From NCBI GenBank assembly GCA_963748395.1, contig CAVVIP010000002.1, forward strand, positions 97,267-161,266: 64,000 bases of DNA, read 5' to 3'. The stretch is from an uncultured Acidobacteriota bacterium. Its GTDB lineage: Bacteria; Acidobacteriota; Terriglobia; Acidiferrales; UBA7541. Positions 28,200 through 38,100 of this stretch are shown piece by piece; the first letter of the stretch is position 1; each line of letters begins with the position of its first letter. Position numbers and translations under genes: made by a program. Below the pieces are notes generated by a model that saw only the letters and a list, made by a program, of their open reading frames with translations, was not told the DNA's origin and searched no databases.

Positions 28200-30542
28200 G
28201 TGCGGCGACTCGGCTGGATAGCGTGGTGCATCGCAATTTTCGTAGCGCTGGCGACGGCGCGCGGCACCACAGCGCAATGGATACCGCTGAACCCGGTCAC
28301 CAGTGTGCAGAAGCAAGCCGACGGCGTGGATTTTGCGATGCACAGCGGCACACTCCGAATACAAGTGTGCTCGGATTCGATCATCCACGTTCTCTATTCA
28401 CCGACTGCATCGTTCCCGAACACACCGCAATACGTAGTGACCAAGGCTTCCTGGTCTCCGACGCAGTGGACGATGCAAGCGACGGACAAGGACGTGACCA
28501 TCGCGACGCCGCGGATGAAGATCACCGTTACGCGCGCGGACGGCTCAATTCTATATAACGACGCGACGGGCAAGAGACTCTTCAAGGACTACACCAGGAC
28601 GCTGACGCCCGTGGAGGTAAACGGGGAAAAAACTTACCACTCAGAGCTGTTCTCGGATTTGTGGGACTCTACCGAAGCTTTCTATGGCCTGGGGCAACAC
28701 CAAGCCGGTGTGTGGAACTACCACGGCGAAGCAGTAGATCTGTCACAGGACAATACCAATATTTCAATCCCGATGTTTCTTTCCAGCAACGGCTACGGGA
28801 TTCTCTGGAACAATACGTCCCGCAGCCGCTTCAACAATCGCTTCGTGCACGCGCTGTATTTGAGCTCCGAAGCCGCTGACATCGTGGACTATTACTTTCT
28901 CTTCGGTCCTGATTTCGACAAGATCATCGCCAGCTACCGGGAGTTGACTGGAGCAGCGCCGCTGTTCGGAAAATGGGCCTACGGGTTCTGGCAATGCAAG
29001 AACAGATACCAATCGCAGGAAGAATTGCTCGCGATCGCGCACAAATACCGCGAGCTGCATATTCCAGTGGATAACATCGTGCAGGATTGGTTTTGGTGGA
29101 ACAAGATGGGCGAGCCTGTGTTCAACAAGAATTATCCCGACCCGAAGGGAATGATCGAAGATCTTCACCAAAACCATTTCCACGTGATGTTCTCGTTCTG
29201 GCCTTCCTTCGATCCCGGCTCACCGGTATATGAGGAAATGGACAAGCGCGGGTATTTTATTGACCGTACTGTCGTGCCGGGATTTCATCCACAGGGAAAC
29301 GCCTTGTACGACGCATTCAATCCCGACGCGCGCAAATATTATTGGGAGCTGATGGATAAGAGTCTATTCCAGATCGGCGCTGACGCCTGGTGGCTGGATA
29401 CGGACGAACCGGAAACGGAACATCGCGAGGCCAACTTGCTGGTGGCGAACAAAGTCGCTATCGGCAACGGCGCGCGTTATGCGGACTTGTACCCGCTGAT
29501 GACCACCACGGCCGTGTACCAAGGGCAGCGCGCCGCCTCCGACCAGAAGCGTGTTTTCATACTTTCGCGATCTGCGTTTGCGGGGATTCAGCGCAACGCC
29601 GTCACGGCATGGTCGGGAGACGTGGAAGCCAATTGGATGAGCTTCGCGCGCCAGATTCCCGCCGGCCTTAATTTCGAACTTTCCGGCGTGCCTTACTGGA
29701 CCACTGATATCGGCGGATTCATGCTGGGACACCCCGACGATCCGGCTTACCGCGAACTTTTCATTCGCTGGTTTGAGTACGGAACTTTTTGCCCGATTTT
29801 CCGTTTGCACGGAACGCGCGATCCGGACACGAACGAATTGTGGTCTTACGGGCCCGAGGCGCAAACAATTTTGACCAGCTACGATCGGCTGCGCTACAGG
29901 CTGATGCCATACATTTATTCGGTCGCGTGGAAGACGACCAGTGAGGGCTACACGCCGATGCGCCCGCTGGCGATGGACTTCCGCACGGACGTACGGGCGC
30001 AGAATATCGGGGACCAATTCATGTTTGGCCCGGCGATCCTAGTGAACCCTGTGACCGAGCCGGGAGCCACGACGCGGCATCTCTATTTGCCGAAGGCGAA
30101 GTGGTACGACTTCTGGACAGGAAAAGTGGCGGAGGGTGGCGCGATCGATGCCATCGCGCCGCTCGATCGCATACCGCTTTACGTTCGCGCCGGTTCTATT
30201 ATCCCGATGGGAGAGGAGATCGAATACGCGGCAGAAAAGCCCGCGGGCCCGATTGAATTGCGTCTGTACAGAGGCGCCGATGGAGACTTTACTTTGTACG
30301 AAGATGAAAACGATAACTACGACTATGAAAAGGGCTTGTACGGGACAATCCCGATCCACTGGGACGACGCGAAGAACGAACTGACTATCGGTGAGCGGCA
30401 AGGAAGATTCCCCGGGATGTCGGAGACTCGAAAGTTCCTTATCGTTGTGGTCCGCGAAGACCACGGAACTAGCGTCGATGTGACACGTTCGCCGGACAAA
30501 ACCGTGGAATATTCGGGAATGGCCGTGAAGGTCGAATTTTAG
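28200..30542 (+). CDS. glycoside hydrolase family 31 (alpha-xylosidase/alpha-glucosidase)
   Basis: Signal peptide. GADAWWLDTDEPE catalytic-nucleophile region, AWSGDV and RLHGTR motifs typical of GH31. Confidence 0.88.
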   Translation: MRRLGWIAWCIAIFVALATARGTTAQWIPLNPVTSVQKQADGVDFAMHSGTLRIQVCSDSIIHVLYSPTASFPNTPQYVVTKASWSPTQWTMQATDKDVTIATPRMKITVTRADGSILYNDATGKRLFKDYTRTLTPVEVNGEKTYHSELFSDLWDSTEAFYGLGQHQAGVWNYHGEAVDLSQDNTNISIPMFLSSNGYGILWNNTSRSRFNNRFVHALYLSSEAADIVDYYFLFGPDFDKIIASYRELTGAAPLFGKWAYGFWQCKNRYQSQEELLAIAHKYRELHIPVDNIVQDWFWWNKMGEPVFNKNYPDPKGMIEDLHQNHFHVMFSFWPSFDPGSPVYEEMDKRGYFIDRTVVPGFHPQGNALYDAFNPDARKYYWELMDKSLFQIGADAWWLDTDEPETEHREANLLVANKVAIGNGARYADLYPLMTTTAVYQGQRAASDQKRVFILSRSAFAGIQRNAVTAWSGDVEANWMSFARQIPAGLNFELSGVPYWTTDIGGFMLGHPDDPAYRELFIRWFEYGTFCPIFRLHGTRDPDTNELWSYGPEAQTILTSYDRLRYRLMPYIYSVAWKTTSEGYTPMRPLAMDFRTDVRAQNIGDQFMFGPAILVNPVTEPGATTRHLYLPKAKWYDFWTGKVAEGGAIDAIAPLDRIPLYVRAGSIIPMGEEIEYAAEKPAGPIELRLYRGADGDFTLYEDENDNYDYEKGLYGTIPIHWDDAKNELTIGERQGRFPGMSETRKFLIVVVREDHGTSVDVTRSPDKTVEYSGMAVKVEF

Positions 30543-30582
30543 AATGTGTAGCTCGGTGACCTAGCAAGAGCAGGACACCCAG

Positions 30583-32091
30583 GTGGCGATGAAACTATTG
30601 GGAATTGATATCGGAACTGGCGGCACGCGGGCCGTACTGCTGGATGCTGGCGGACGCGTGGTCAGTTCCGCTACTGCTGCGCACGCTCCGTTTGCTTCGC
30701 CTCATGGGGGTTGGGCCGAGCAAGACCCCGCCGACTGGTGGAAGGCCGCTTGCGGCGCGATCCCCGAGTGTCTCGAGCGAGGCAAGACCGCGGCCGGCGA
30801 AGTCAGCGGAATTGGATTAACCGGCCAGATGCACGGTCTGGTGTTGCTGGACCAGGGCGGACGCGTCCTGCGTCCATCCATCATATGGTGCGACCAACGC
30901 ACCGAAGTGGAGTGCCGCGAGATCACCGAAAAGATCGGCGCGGCGCGGCTGATCGAGCTTACCGCCAACCCCGCGCTAACGAACTTCACTCTGCCTAAAA
31001 TCTGGTGGGTGCAGAAGCACGAGCCGGAAATCTGGGCGCGCGCCGCCACAATTCTGCTGCCGAAAGACTACATACGCCTGCGGCTTAGCGGATCGCGCGC
31101 GACAGACGTCGCCGATGCCTCGGGCACGCTGCTTTTCGATGTGGCCAATCGCCAATGGTCGCGGCCCATGATAGAAGCCTCGCGGTTGAACACGGACCTG
31201 CTGCCGAAGATTTTCGAATCGTGCGAAATTTCAGGTCACGTGTCGGAGGAGGGTGCCCGCGCCACCGGACTTCGGGTCGGTATTCCCATAGTTGCCGGAG
31301 CCGGAGATCAAGCTGCCGGAGCGGTGGGCTTGGGAATTGTGCGCCCAGGAGCTGTGAGTGCGACGATCGGAACTTCCGGCGTAGTGTTTGCTGCTACGGC
31401 CGTCCCAGTACGCGATCCCGCCGGCCGCATCCACACATTTTGCCATGCGGTGCCGCAACGCTGGCACGTGATGGGCGTCACGCAGGCGGCCGGCTATTCG
31501 CTGCGCTGGTTTCGCGATCAATTCGGAGCGAACGGCGATCCCGGAGGGGATCCCTACGCGCGATTGATGACGGAAGCGAGCACGGCCCCGGCAGGCACGG
31601 ACGGTTTGCTGTGGGCGCCCTACCTGATGGGTGAGCGGACTCCGCATCTGGATCCGAATGCGCGAGCCGCGTTGGTGGGAATTTCATCCACGCACACCCG
31701 CGCACACGTGATTCGCGCAATTCTGGAAGGCGTGGCTTTCAGTTTGCGCGACACGTTGACAATTTTCGCTGAATTGAAAATTCCGGTGGAGTCCATCCGG
31801 CTCGGCGGCGGCGGCGCGCGCGGGGCTCTGTGGCGTCAGATTCAGGCGGATGTGTACGGCATGCCGGTTGGCTTGCCCGAAGCAGAAGAAGGCCCTGCGT
31901 TCGGCGCGGCGCTGCTCGCTGGTGTGGGCGTAGGCAATTGGACGAGCGTCGAGAATGCGTGTGAGGCGGCCGTGCGAGTTTCGCAACAAATCGAGCCGGA
32001 GCCGCAGCACGTTGCGCTAATGAATCGGCACTACCGCGAATATCGCAAGTTGTATCCGGCCCTGCGAGACATCGGACGCGATATTCATTGA
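30583..32091 (+). CDS. xylB: xylulokinase
   Basis: FGGY kinase N-terminus LLGIDIGTGGTRAVLLD and GLTGQMHGLVLLD. 502 aa. The start could be ATG 30589 instead of GTG 30583. Confidence 0.88.
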   Translation: MAMKLLGIDIGTGGTRAVLLDAGGRVVSSATAAHAPFASPHGGWAEQDPADWWKAACGAIPECLERGKTAAGEVSGIGLTGQMHGLVLLDQGGRVLRPSIIWCDQRTEVECREITEKIGAARLIELTANPALTNFTLPKIWWVQKHEPEIWARAATILLPKDYIRLRLSGSRATDVADASGTLLFDVANRQWSRPMIEASRLNTDLLPKIFESCEISGHVSEEGARATGLRVGIPIVAGAGDQAAGAVGLGIVRPGAVSATIGTSGVVFAATAVPVRDPAGRIHTFCHAVPQRWHVMGVTQAAGYSLRWFRDQFGANGDPGGDPYARLMTEASTAPAGTDGLLWAPYLMGERTPHLDPNARAALVGISSTHTRAHVIRAILEGVAFSLRDTLTIFAELKIPVESIRLGGGGARGALWRQIQADVYGMPVGLPEAEEGPAFGAALLAGVGVGNWTSVENACEAAVRVSQQIEPEPQHVALMNRHYREYRKLYPALRDIGRDIH

Positions 32092-32198
32092 GCGAATTTC
32101 ACCCTCAGGCCTTAAATAGACGTAGATTACTGGATGAGCGAAGTGATTCGCCCGCCCAGTTGACTTACGTATAGGTCTTGATATGCTCTCGTTGAAGA

Positions 32199-32261
32199 GG
32201 GCATGGAGTTCGCCCTTTAACCGCTGTCCCCTCAATGCCGGGACAGATGATGACTCCTGAC
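32199..32261 (+). promoter_or_regulatory. fluoride riboswitch (crcB RNA motif) aptamer
   Basis: GGGCAUGGAGUUCGCCC UUUAACCGCUGUCCC cucaaugcc GGGACAG AUGAUGACUCCUGAC fits the remembered crcB-motif consensus. P1 is 32199-32202/32212-32215. P3 is 32224-32230/32240-32246. The pseudoknot is GGAG 32205-08 with CUCC 32254-57. It is located upstream of crcB. Confidence 0.85.
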
Positions 32262-32413
32262 AGGGATACTTGTCGCGGAGTCATGTCCCCGGCAACGATT
32301 CCAAGCTGATATAGAGAGAACGACTTACATGCCAAATGTCCGTGCGTCGAGTGCGCTGTGGGCCGGAGTGGCACTCGACTGAAGAACTCAAAGGAGGAAT
32401 GAGGCTCGTTCCT

Positions 32414-32791
32414 ATGACCAAATACTTGATGGTGGCAATTGGCGGAGCGGTGGGGTCTGTCTTACGATTTTGGGTGGGAACCCACGTGAGCAATCGGCTA
32501 AATACGCGTTTTCTGGCCGGCACTTTCATCGTCAATATCACTGCGTGTTTTCTGATTGGATTCGTCGTTACAGTATTGGCACAAAAGACGGATTGGAGTC
32601 CGAACTGGCGGTACCTGATTCCTATTGGGTTTATCGGTGGGTACAGCACCTTTTCCACGTTCGAGTATGAAACGTTCCGCGTTTTTCAGGAAGGCGAGCT
32701 TCTCATGGCGGCTTTGAACGTGGTCCTCAGCGTCGTGGTCGGTTTCGTATCGGTTTGGCTGGGTGTGATCACCGGGAAGACGGTCGCATGA
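32414..32791 (+). CDS. crcB: fluoride ion channel CrcB/FluC
   Basis: 125 aa, 4 TM. MTKYLMVAIGGAVGSVLRFWV and GFIGGYSTFSTFEYE are typical CrcB. ATG 32399 and 32414 are both possible. The listed ORF from 32336 is too long for the family. Confidence 0.9.
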   Translation: MTKYLMVAIGGAVGSVLRFWVGTHVSNRLNTRFLAGTFIVNITACFLIGFVVTVLAQKTDWSPNWRYLIPIGFIGGYSTFSTFEYETFRVFQEGELLMAALNVVLSVVVGFVSVWLGVITGKTVA

Positions 32792-32921
32792 ACAAAGCAC
32801 CTTCCTCCCTGGAATTGGCGATCGCGAATGACAGCGCCGACGGAATCTTTCTGTTGCTACCAGCAGGATGAGTGGCTGAATATTTAATTGCGAAATGAGG
32901 GATTGAGCGCCAGGAGGGAAC

Positions 32922-33656
32922 ATGATGCAGGCCGGGCCCGCCAAGAAAGTGACCATCTATGTTGGCCAGGACCACCAGTATCACGGGGAATCGGTCTACG
33001 CGGCCATTCTGGAATTTCTCTTCTATCACAAAGTTTCAGGAGCCAGCGTCACCCGCGGCATCGCCGGCTTCGGCGCGGATCACCAAATGCATACCGATCG
33101 CGTGCTCGCGCTGACGGAAAATCTGCCCATGAAAGTCGAATTCATTGACACGCCCGAGAAGGTGGAGCAGCTTCTTCCGAAGCTGCACGAAATGGCGGGG
33201 ACGGGCTTGATTGAAGTTCAGGACACCACCGTAGTGAAAATCTCCGGTACCGCGCAGCAGGCGGCGAGTCAGGAAGTCACGCCTCCGCTGAAACGCGAAG
33301 GAAAAGCCAAGCTCATGCGGATCTTCATCGGCGAGAACGACAAATGGAATGGCAAGCCGCTCTACCGCGCGCTGGTTGAGTCCATGCGGGCGAACGACAT
33401 TGCGGGGGTCACCGTCTATCAGGGAATATTGGGCTATGGAGCCAATCGCAGGATTCACAAGGATACAGCGCTGAATCTCTCGCATGATCGTCCGGTGATG
33501 ATGACTGTCGTGGACACCGAGGAAAGGCTACGCGCGTTTCTTCCGGCATTGGACGGTATGGTGCAACAGGGTCTGGTGGTTTTCTCCGACGTGGACGTCA
33601 TAAAGTACACGCACGACTATCAGGAAGACGAACGCAGAAAGGCGGTGCGCCCATGA
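32922..33656 (+). CDS. tandem DUF190 (COG1993, PII-like) domain protein
   Basis: Two copies of the pattern K(V/L)(T/M)I(Y/F)(V/I)G(Q/E)(D/N)D...G(E/K)(S/P)(V/L)Y.A(I/L)(L/V)E...G(A/V)(S/T)V(T/Y)(R/Q)GI.G(F/Y)GA. GGAGGG SD. Confidence 0.85.
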   Translation: MMQAGPAKKVTIYVGQDHQYHGESVYAAILEFLFYHKVSGASVTRGIAGFGADHQMHTDRVLALTENLPMKVEFIDTPEKVEQLLPKLHEMAGTGLIEVQDTTVVKISGTAQQAASQEVTPPLKREGKAKLMRIFIGENDKWNGKPLYRALVESMRANDIAGVTVYQGILGYGANRRIHKDTALNLSHDRPVMMTVVDTEERLRAFLPALDGMVQQGLVVFSDVDVIKYTHDYQEDERRKAVRP

Positions 33657-34003
33657 AACTGGAAGGCAAAGCCAAGATGCTGCGCATCCATTTTGGCGAA
33701 AATGACAAATGGAAAGATAAGCCGCTGTACCGGGCGATTGTCGAGAAGTGCCGGGAGCTGGATCTTGCCGGCGCAACGGTGTTCCGGGGCATCGAAGGGT
33801 ACGGCGCCAGCACCTTGATTCATCGCGCAAACCGGCTGTCTTTCTCCTCAGACGCTCCCATCATGGTAAGCGTGATTGATTCTGAAGAAAGGATTCAGAA
33901 GCTGCTTCCCTTTCTGGATGAGATGGTAGACGAGGGACTGATCGCTATGTCCGAGGTGGAAGTGATCAAGTACGTGCACCAAGATGGACTGCGCTCGGAA
34001 TAA
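33653..34003 (+). CDS. single DUF190 (COG1993, PII-like) domain protein
   Basis: 116 aa. KMLRIHFGENDKWKDKPLYRAIVEKCRELDLAGATVFRGIEGYGAS. The ATG overlaps the upstream stop (ATGA). Confidence 0.85.
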   Translation: MKLEGKAKMLRIHFGENDKWKDKPLYRAIVEKCRELDLAGATVFRGIEGYGASTLIHRANRLSFSSDAPIMVSVIDSEERIQKLLPFLDEMVDEGLIAMSEVEVIKYVHQDGLRSE

Positions 34004-34245
34004 GCAGAGTTTCCGCGCCGGCGGTAGCGCGACTGGATGGGACGGAAAGCGACAACCTCGACATGGTGTGACGGTCGTTACCGGCTCAATCTGAACTCTC
34101 ATTTGAATGCGCATTTCTGCTTAATAATTTCCAAGCAAATTCACGCCTACGGGCTGAAGTTTTCACCCGGTATTCTCGCTCGGTATGATAAATTGCGTGA
34201 TTCGACGTTACCTCGGAAAGCATCAGGGTCAGGAGGGCTTTACGG

Positions 34246-35127
34246 ATGGCGCTAACCATTACAGGTCTATCGAAGACTTACCCAAATGGCGTGAAAGCCC
34301 TGAAGAACCTCTCACTGACGATTGGGAACAACATGTTTGGCCTGCTGGGGCCGAACGGCGCCGGAAAAAGCACGCTGATGCGAACGGTGGCTACGCTGCA
34401 GGATCCCGATTCAGGATCGATCCATCTGGACGGCCTGGACGTGCTGACGAACAAGAATGAAGTTCGCAAGCTACTGGGGTACCTGCCGCAGGAATTCGGC
34501 GTCTATCCGAAGATGTCCGCCGCGGATATGCTCGACCATCTGGCGGTGATGAAGGGCATCACGTCCGCAAAAGAGCGCAAGGAAATGGTGGATGCGCTGC
34601 TGCAGCAAACGAACCTGTGGGACGCGCGCAAGAAAGCCCTCAGTACTTATTCGGGCGGCATGAAGCAGCGCTACGGGATCGCGCAGGCGCTGCTGGCAAA
34701 TCCGCGGCTAATTATCGTGGACGAGCCCACCGCCGGCCTCGACCCCACCGAGCGGAACCGCTTTCTGAATTTGCTCAGCTCGATCGGGCGGGACGTGACG
34801 GTGATCCTCTCCACGCACATTGTCGATGACGTCCGCGAACTTTGCTCCAAGATGGCGATCATTGCGTCGGGCGAAGTACTGCTGGAAGGTGCGCCGAATC
34901 AGGCTCTCGAATCGCTGAAAGGAAAAATCTGGAGCAAATTGATCGCCAGTGATGACGAATTGCGCGCCCTCGAATCGCAGATGAGCGTGATTTCGACCCA
35001 TCTGGTAGGCGGCCAGCATGAGATTCGCGTGTTCGCCGATTCCAATCCCGGGGAAGGCTTCCAGCCCGTGGATTCCGAGCTTGAGGACGTTTACTTCCTG
35101 AATCTTTCGCGGCAGTCACAAAATTAG
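34246..35127 (+). CDS. ABC transporter ATP-binding protein
   Basis: Walker A GPNGAGKST, signature YSGGMKQR, Walker B LIIVDEPTAGLD. Confidence 0.92.
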   Translation: MALTITGLSKTYPNGVKALKNLSLTIGNNMFGLLGPNGAGKSTLMRTVATLQDPDSGSIHLDGLDVLTNKNEVRKLLGYLPQEFGVYPKMSAADMLDHLAVMKGITSAKERKEMVDALLQQTNLWDARKKALSTYSGGMKQRYGIAQALLANPRLIIVDEPTAGLDPTERNRFLNLLSSIGRDVTVILSTHIVDDVRELCSKMAIIASGEVLLEGAPNQALESLKGKIWSKLIASDDELRALESQMSVISTHLVGGQHEIRVFADSNPGEGFQPVDSELEDVYFLNLSRQSQN

Positions 35128-35145
35128 TATGGGCGAGACGCGGCG

Positions 35146-38100
35146 ATGAACCTGTTCTGGGAATTCTTCAAATTCGAGCTGAAGTTTCGCTGCAAGAGCC
35201 TGTCCACTTACGTTTACTTTTTCATGTGGTTTGCCTTCAGCTTCCTCTCCGTAGCGTCGGAAAATTTCGGACCGATCGGATTCAACAATGGAAAGGTGCT
35301 GCTGAACGGTCCGTTTGCCATCGCGACGTATTATTGGTACTCCACTCTTTTCGGACTGATCGTCATCGCCGCGATATTCGGCACGTCCATCCTTCGCGAT
35401 TTCCAGCGGGACACGTATCAGATCCTTTTCACGAAACCGATATCGAAGTTTGCCTACCTCGGCGGACGTTGGGCCGGCTCGTTCGTGACCACGGTTTTTG
35501 CTTTTTCCGGCATGATATTCGGCACGTTCCTCGGCACGTTCGCTCCTTGGGCGGATCATCTGCGAATTGGGCCCAATCATCTCTCGTGGTATCTGCAGCC
35601 GTTCTTTTCGATCGTGGTGGTGCAGATCTTTTTTCTGGGCTCGCTCTTTTTTGCGGTGGCGGCGCTTTCGCGCAAAATTTTTGTGGTGTACCTGCAGGGC
35701 GTGGCCCTGTTCATGCTTTATATCATCGGGCTCACTGTCTTCAGCGCCACGCGTTCACTCGAACGATTCTGGTCCGGAATCTTTGACCCCATTGGATTGC
35801 TGTTGTTCGACGACATCACGCGCTACTGGACGGTGGCGGAGAAAAACGTGCTGTCGCTGTCGTGGTCTACGCATGTGGCAGCGGGAGTGTTCCTGTATAA
35901 CCGCCTCCTGTGGCTTTCAGTAGGTTTCATTTCGCTTGCGGCGGTGTGGGTCCTATTCCCGATGTCGGTGGAAGCGCTCACCGCGCGCGCACAAGGGCGC
36001 CGCGCCGCCAAAGCAAAACAACAGGAGGCGTTCGAGGCGCGCCCCAAGCGTTCTCTGGTCGCGGCGCAGCTTCCCAAGGTTCACCCGGTCTTCGGACCGG
36101 CGACCACCTGGGCGCAGCTTTGGTCACTTTCGCGAATGAGGATCAGCACCATCCTGCATGAAGTCTCGTTCTGGGCGATCACGGGATTGTTGGTCGCTTT
36201 TGCCATCAACAATGGTTACTTCGCGGGACGCATCGCTGAGCAAAACGTGTGGCCAGTCACATATTTGATGGTGCAGGCGGTCGAGGGCAGCTCGATACTT
36301 TTCTTCTACATCGTGGCGACGTTGTATGCGGCGGAATTAGTGTGGCGCGAGCGAGACGTCCACGCGGACGGCATTCACGATTCCCTGCCCATGCCGGAAG
36401 GTGTGGACTGGCTGTCGAAGCTCGCGGCGATCGCCACTGTCGAGTTAATCCTGCTGACCTTGACGATGTTCTGCGGCGTCTTCATGCAGACTCTGGCCGG
36501 TTACCACCGTTACGAGTTCCTGCAATACTTTAAGGAACTCTACATCGTGACCTTTCCGCAGGTGATGACGTTCGCGCTGTTGGCTCTGTTCGTGCAAACC
36601 GTGGTCAGCAATAAATTCATCGGGCACGGCATCGCGCTCGGCGTATTCGTGATCACACCCATTCTCTACAATTTCGGCTGGGAGAATACCCTGTACCTGT
36701 TCGGCTTCATACCGCCGTACACCTACAGCGACCTGAATGGCTACGGGCACTTCGTGCCGGCGCTGTTTTGGTCCATCACGTACTGGCTGGCGATTGCCGC
36801 ATTCCTGGGCGTGCTGTCTATTGCGCTGACGCGGCGCGGGTCGGACGATGGCTGGCGCGCCCGCTGGCAGCTAGCAGGAGCGCGGTTTCCGAAGCTGGCG
36901 CCAGCCGCGATCGTGTTTGTACTCATCGCGATTGGAAGCGGCGCTTGGTACTACTACAACGCCCACGTACTGAACGAATATTTAACCGCTAAGCAGCGTC
37001 GCGGCATTCAAGCCGATTACGAACGCAACTACAAAAAGTACGAAAACCTGCCGCAGCCGAAGGTAACAGCCGTGGATGCGCAGGTGGATATCGAACCGGC
37101 GCGCCGATCATTCTCGGGCACGGGCACGTTCACGATGCAAAATAAGAACGCGAGCCCCGTGTCGGAAATTCACATCACCAACCCGAGACAATCTGTATCC
37201 GATGTGAAGTTCGACCGGCCATTTCGTCAGGTGAGCTGCGGCGCGCGAAATATCTATTGTATTTATGCGCTCGAGCAGCCGCTCGCGCCCGGCGAAACCA
37301 CGAAGATGACGTTCCGCGTGGGCCACACGACGCACGGATTCAAGGACGGCAACGAGCCTCCGGAATTTGCCTACAACGGCACATTCTTTGACTCCGATTA
37401 TTTCCCGCACATCGGCTACAACCAAGGTATCGAACTGGACGATCCGCGCCGCCGCCGCGAGGAAAAACTCGGGCCGCTGGAAGAAATGGCTCCCCGCGGC
37501 GACGCCACACAATCGCTCTACAACCTGTTCTCGAAGGATTCGGACTGGATCACGTATCACACCGTGGTGAGCACGTCCTCAGATCAAATCGCGATTGCTC
37601 CCGGCTACTTAAAGCGCGCGTGGGAACAGGATGGCCGTCACTATTTCGAATACGACATGGCGCCAACGCATATCGCGAATTTCTACGCATATCTGTCGGC
37701 GCGTTACGACGTGCGGCGCGAACAGTACAAAGGCACGAACCTGGAGGTCTATTACACGCCCGGCCACGAATTCGATGTGGCCGACATGCTGGCAGCGTCC
37801 AAGGGCGGACTGGATTATTACCAGGCGAACTTCAGTCCCTATCAGTTCGCGCAATACCGCATCATGGAATTCCCGCGTTACCGCAACTTCGCGCAGTCGT
37901 TTCCGAACACCATTCCCTATTCCGAAGGAATCGGCTTTATCAGCCGTGTCAAAGAAAAGAAAGACATTGATTTTACGTACTTCGTCACGGCGCACGAGCT
38001 GGGTCACCAGTGGTGGGGACATCAGCTGATCGGTGGCAACGTGCAGGGTTCGAACATGATGTCCGAAACTCTGGCGGAGTATTCAGCGCTGATGGTGATG

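Noticed and set aside
32250-32284. Hairpin after the fluoride aptamer as a standard intrinsic terminator
   Set aside because: No U-tract follows the stem (the next bases are GTCCCCGGCAACG). It is reported only as an alternative structure in the riboswitch finding.
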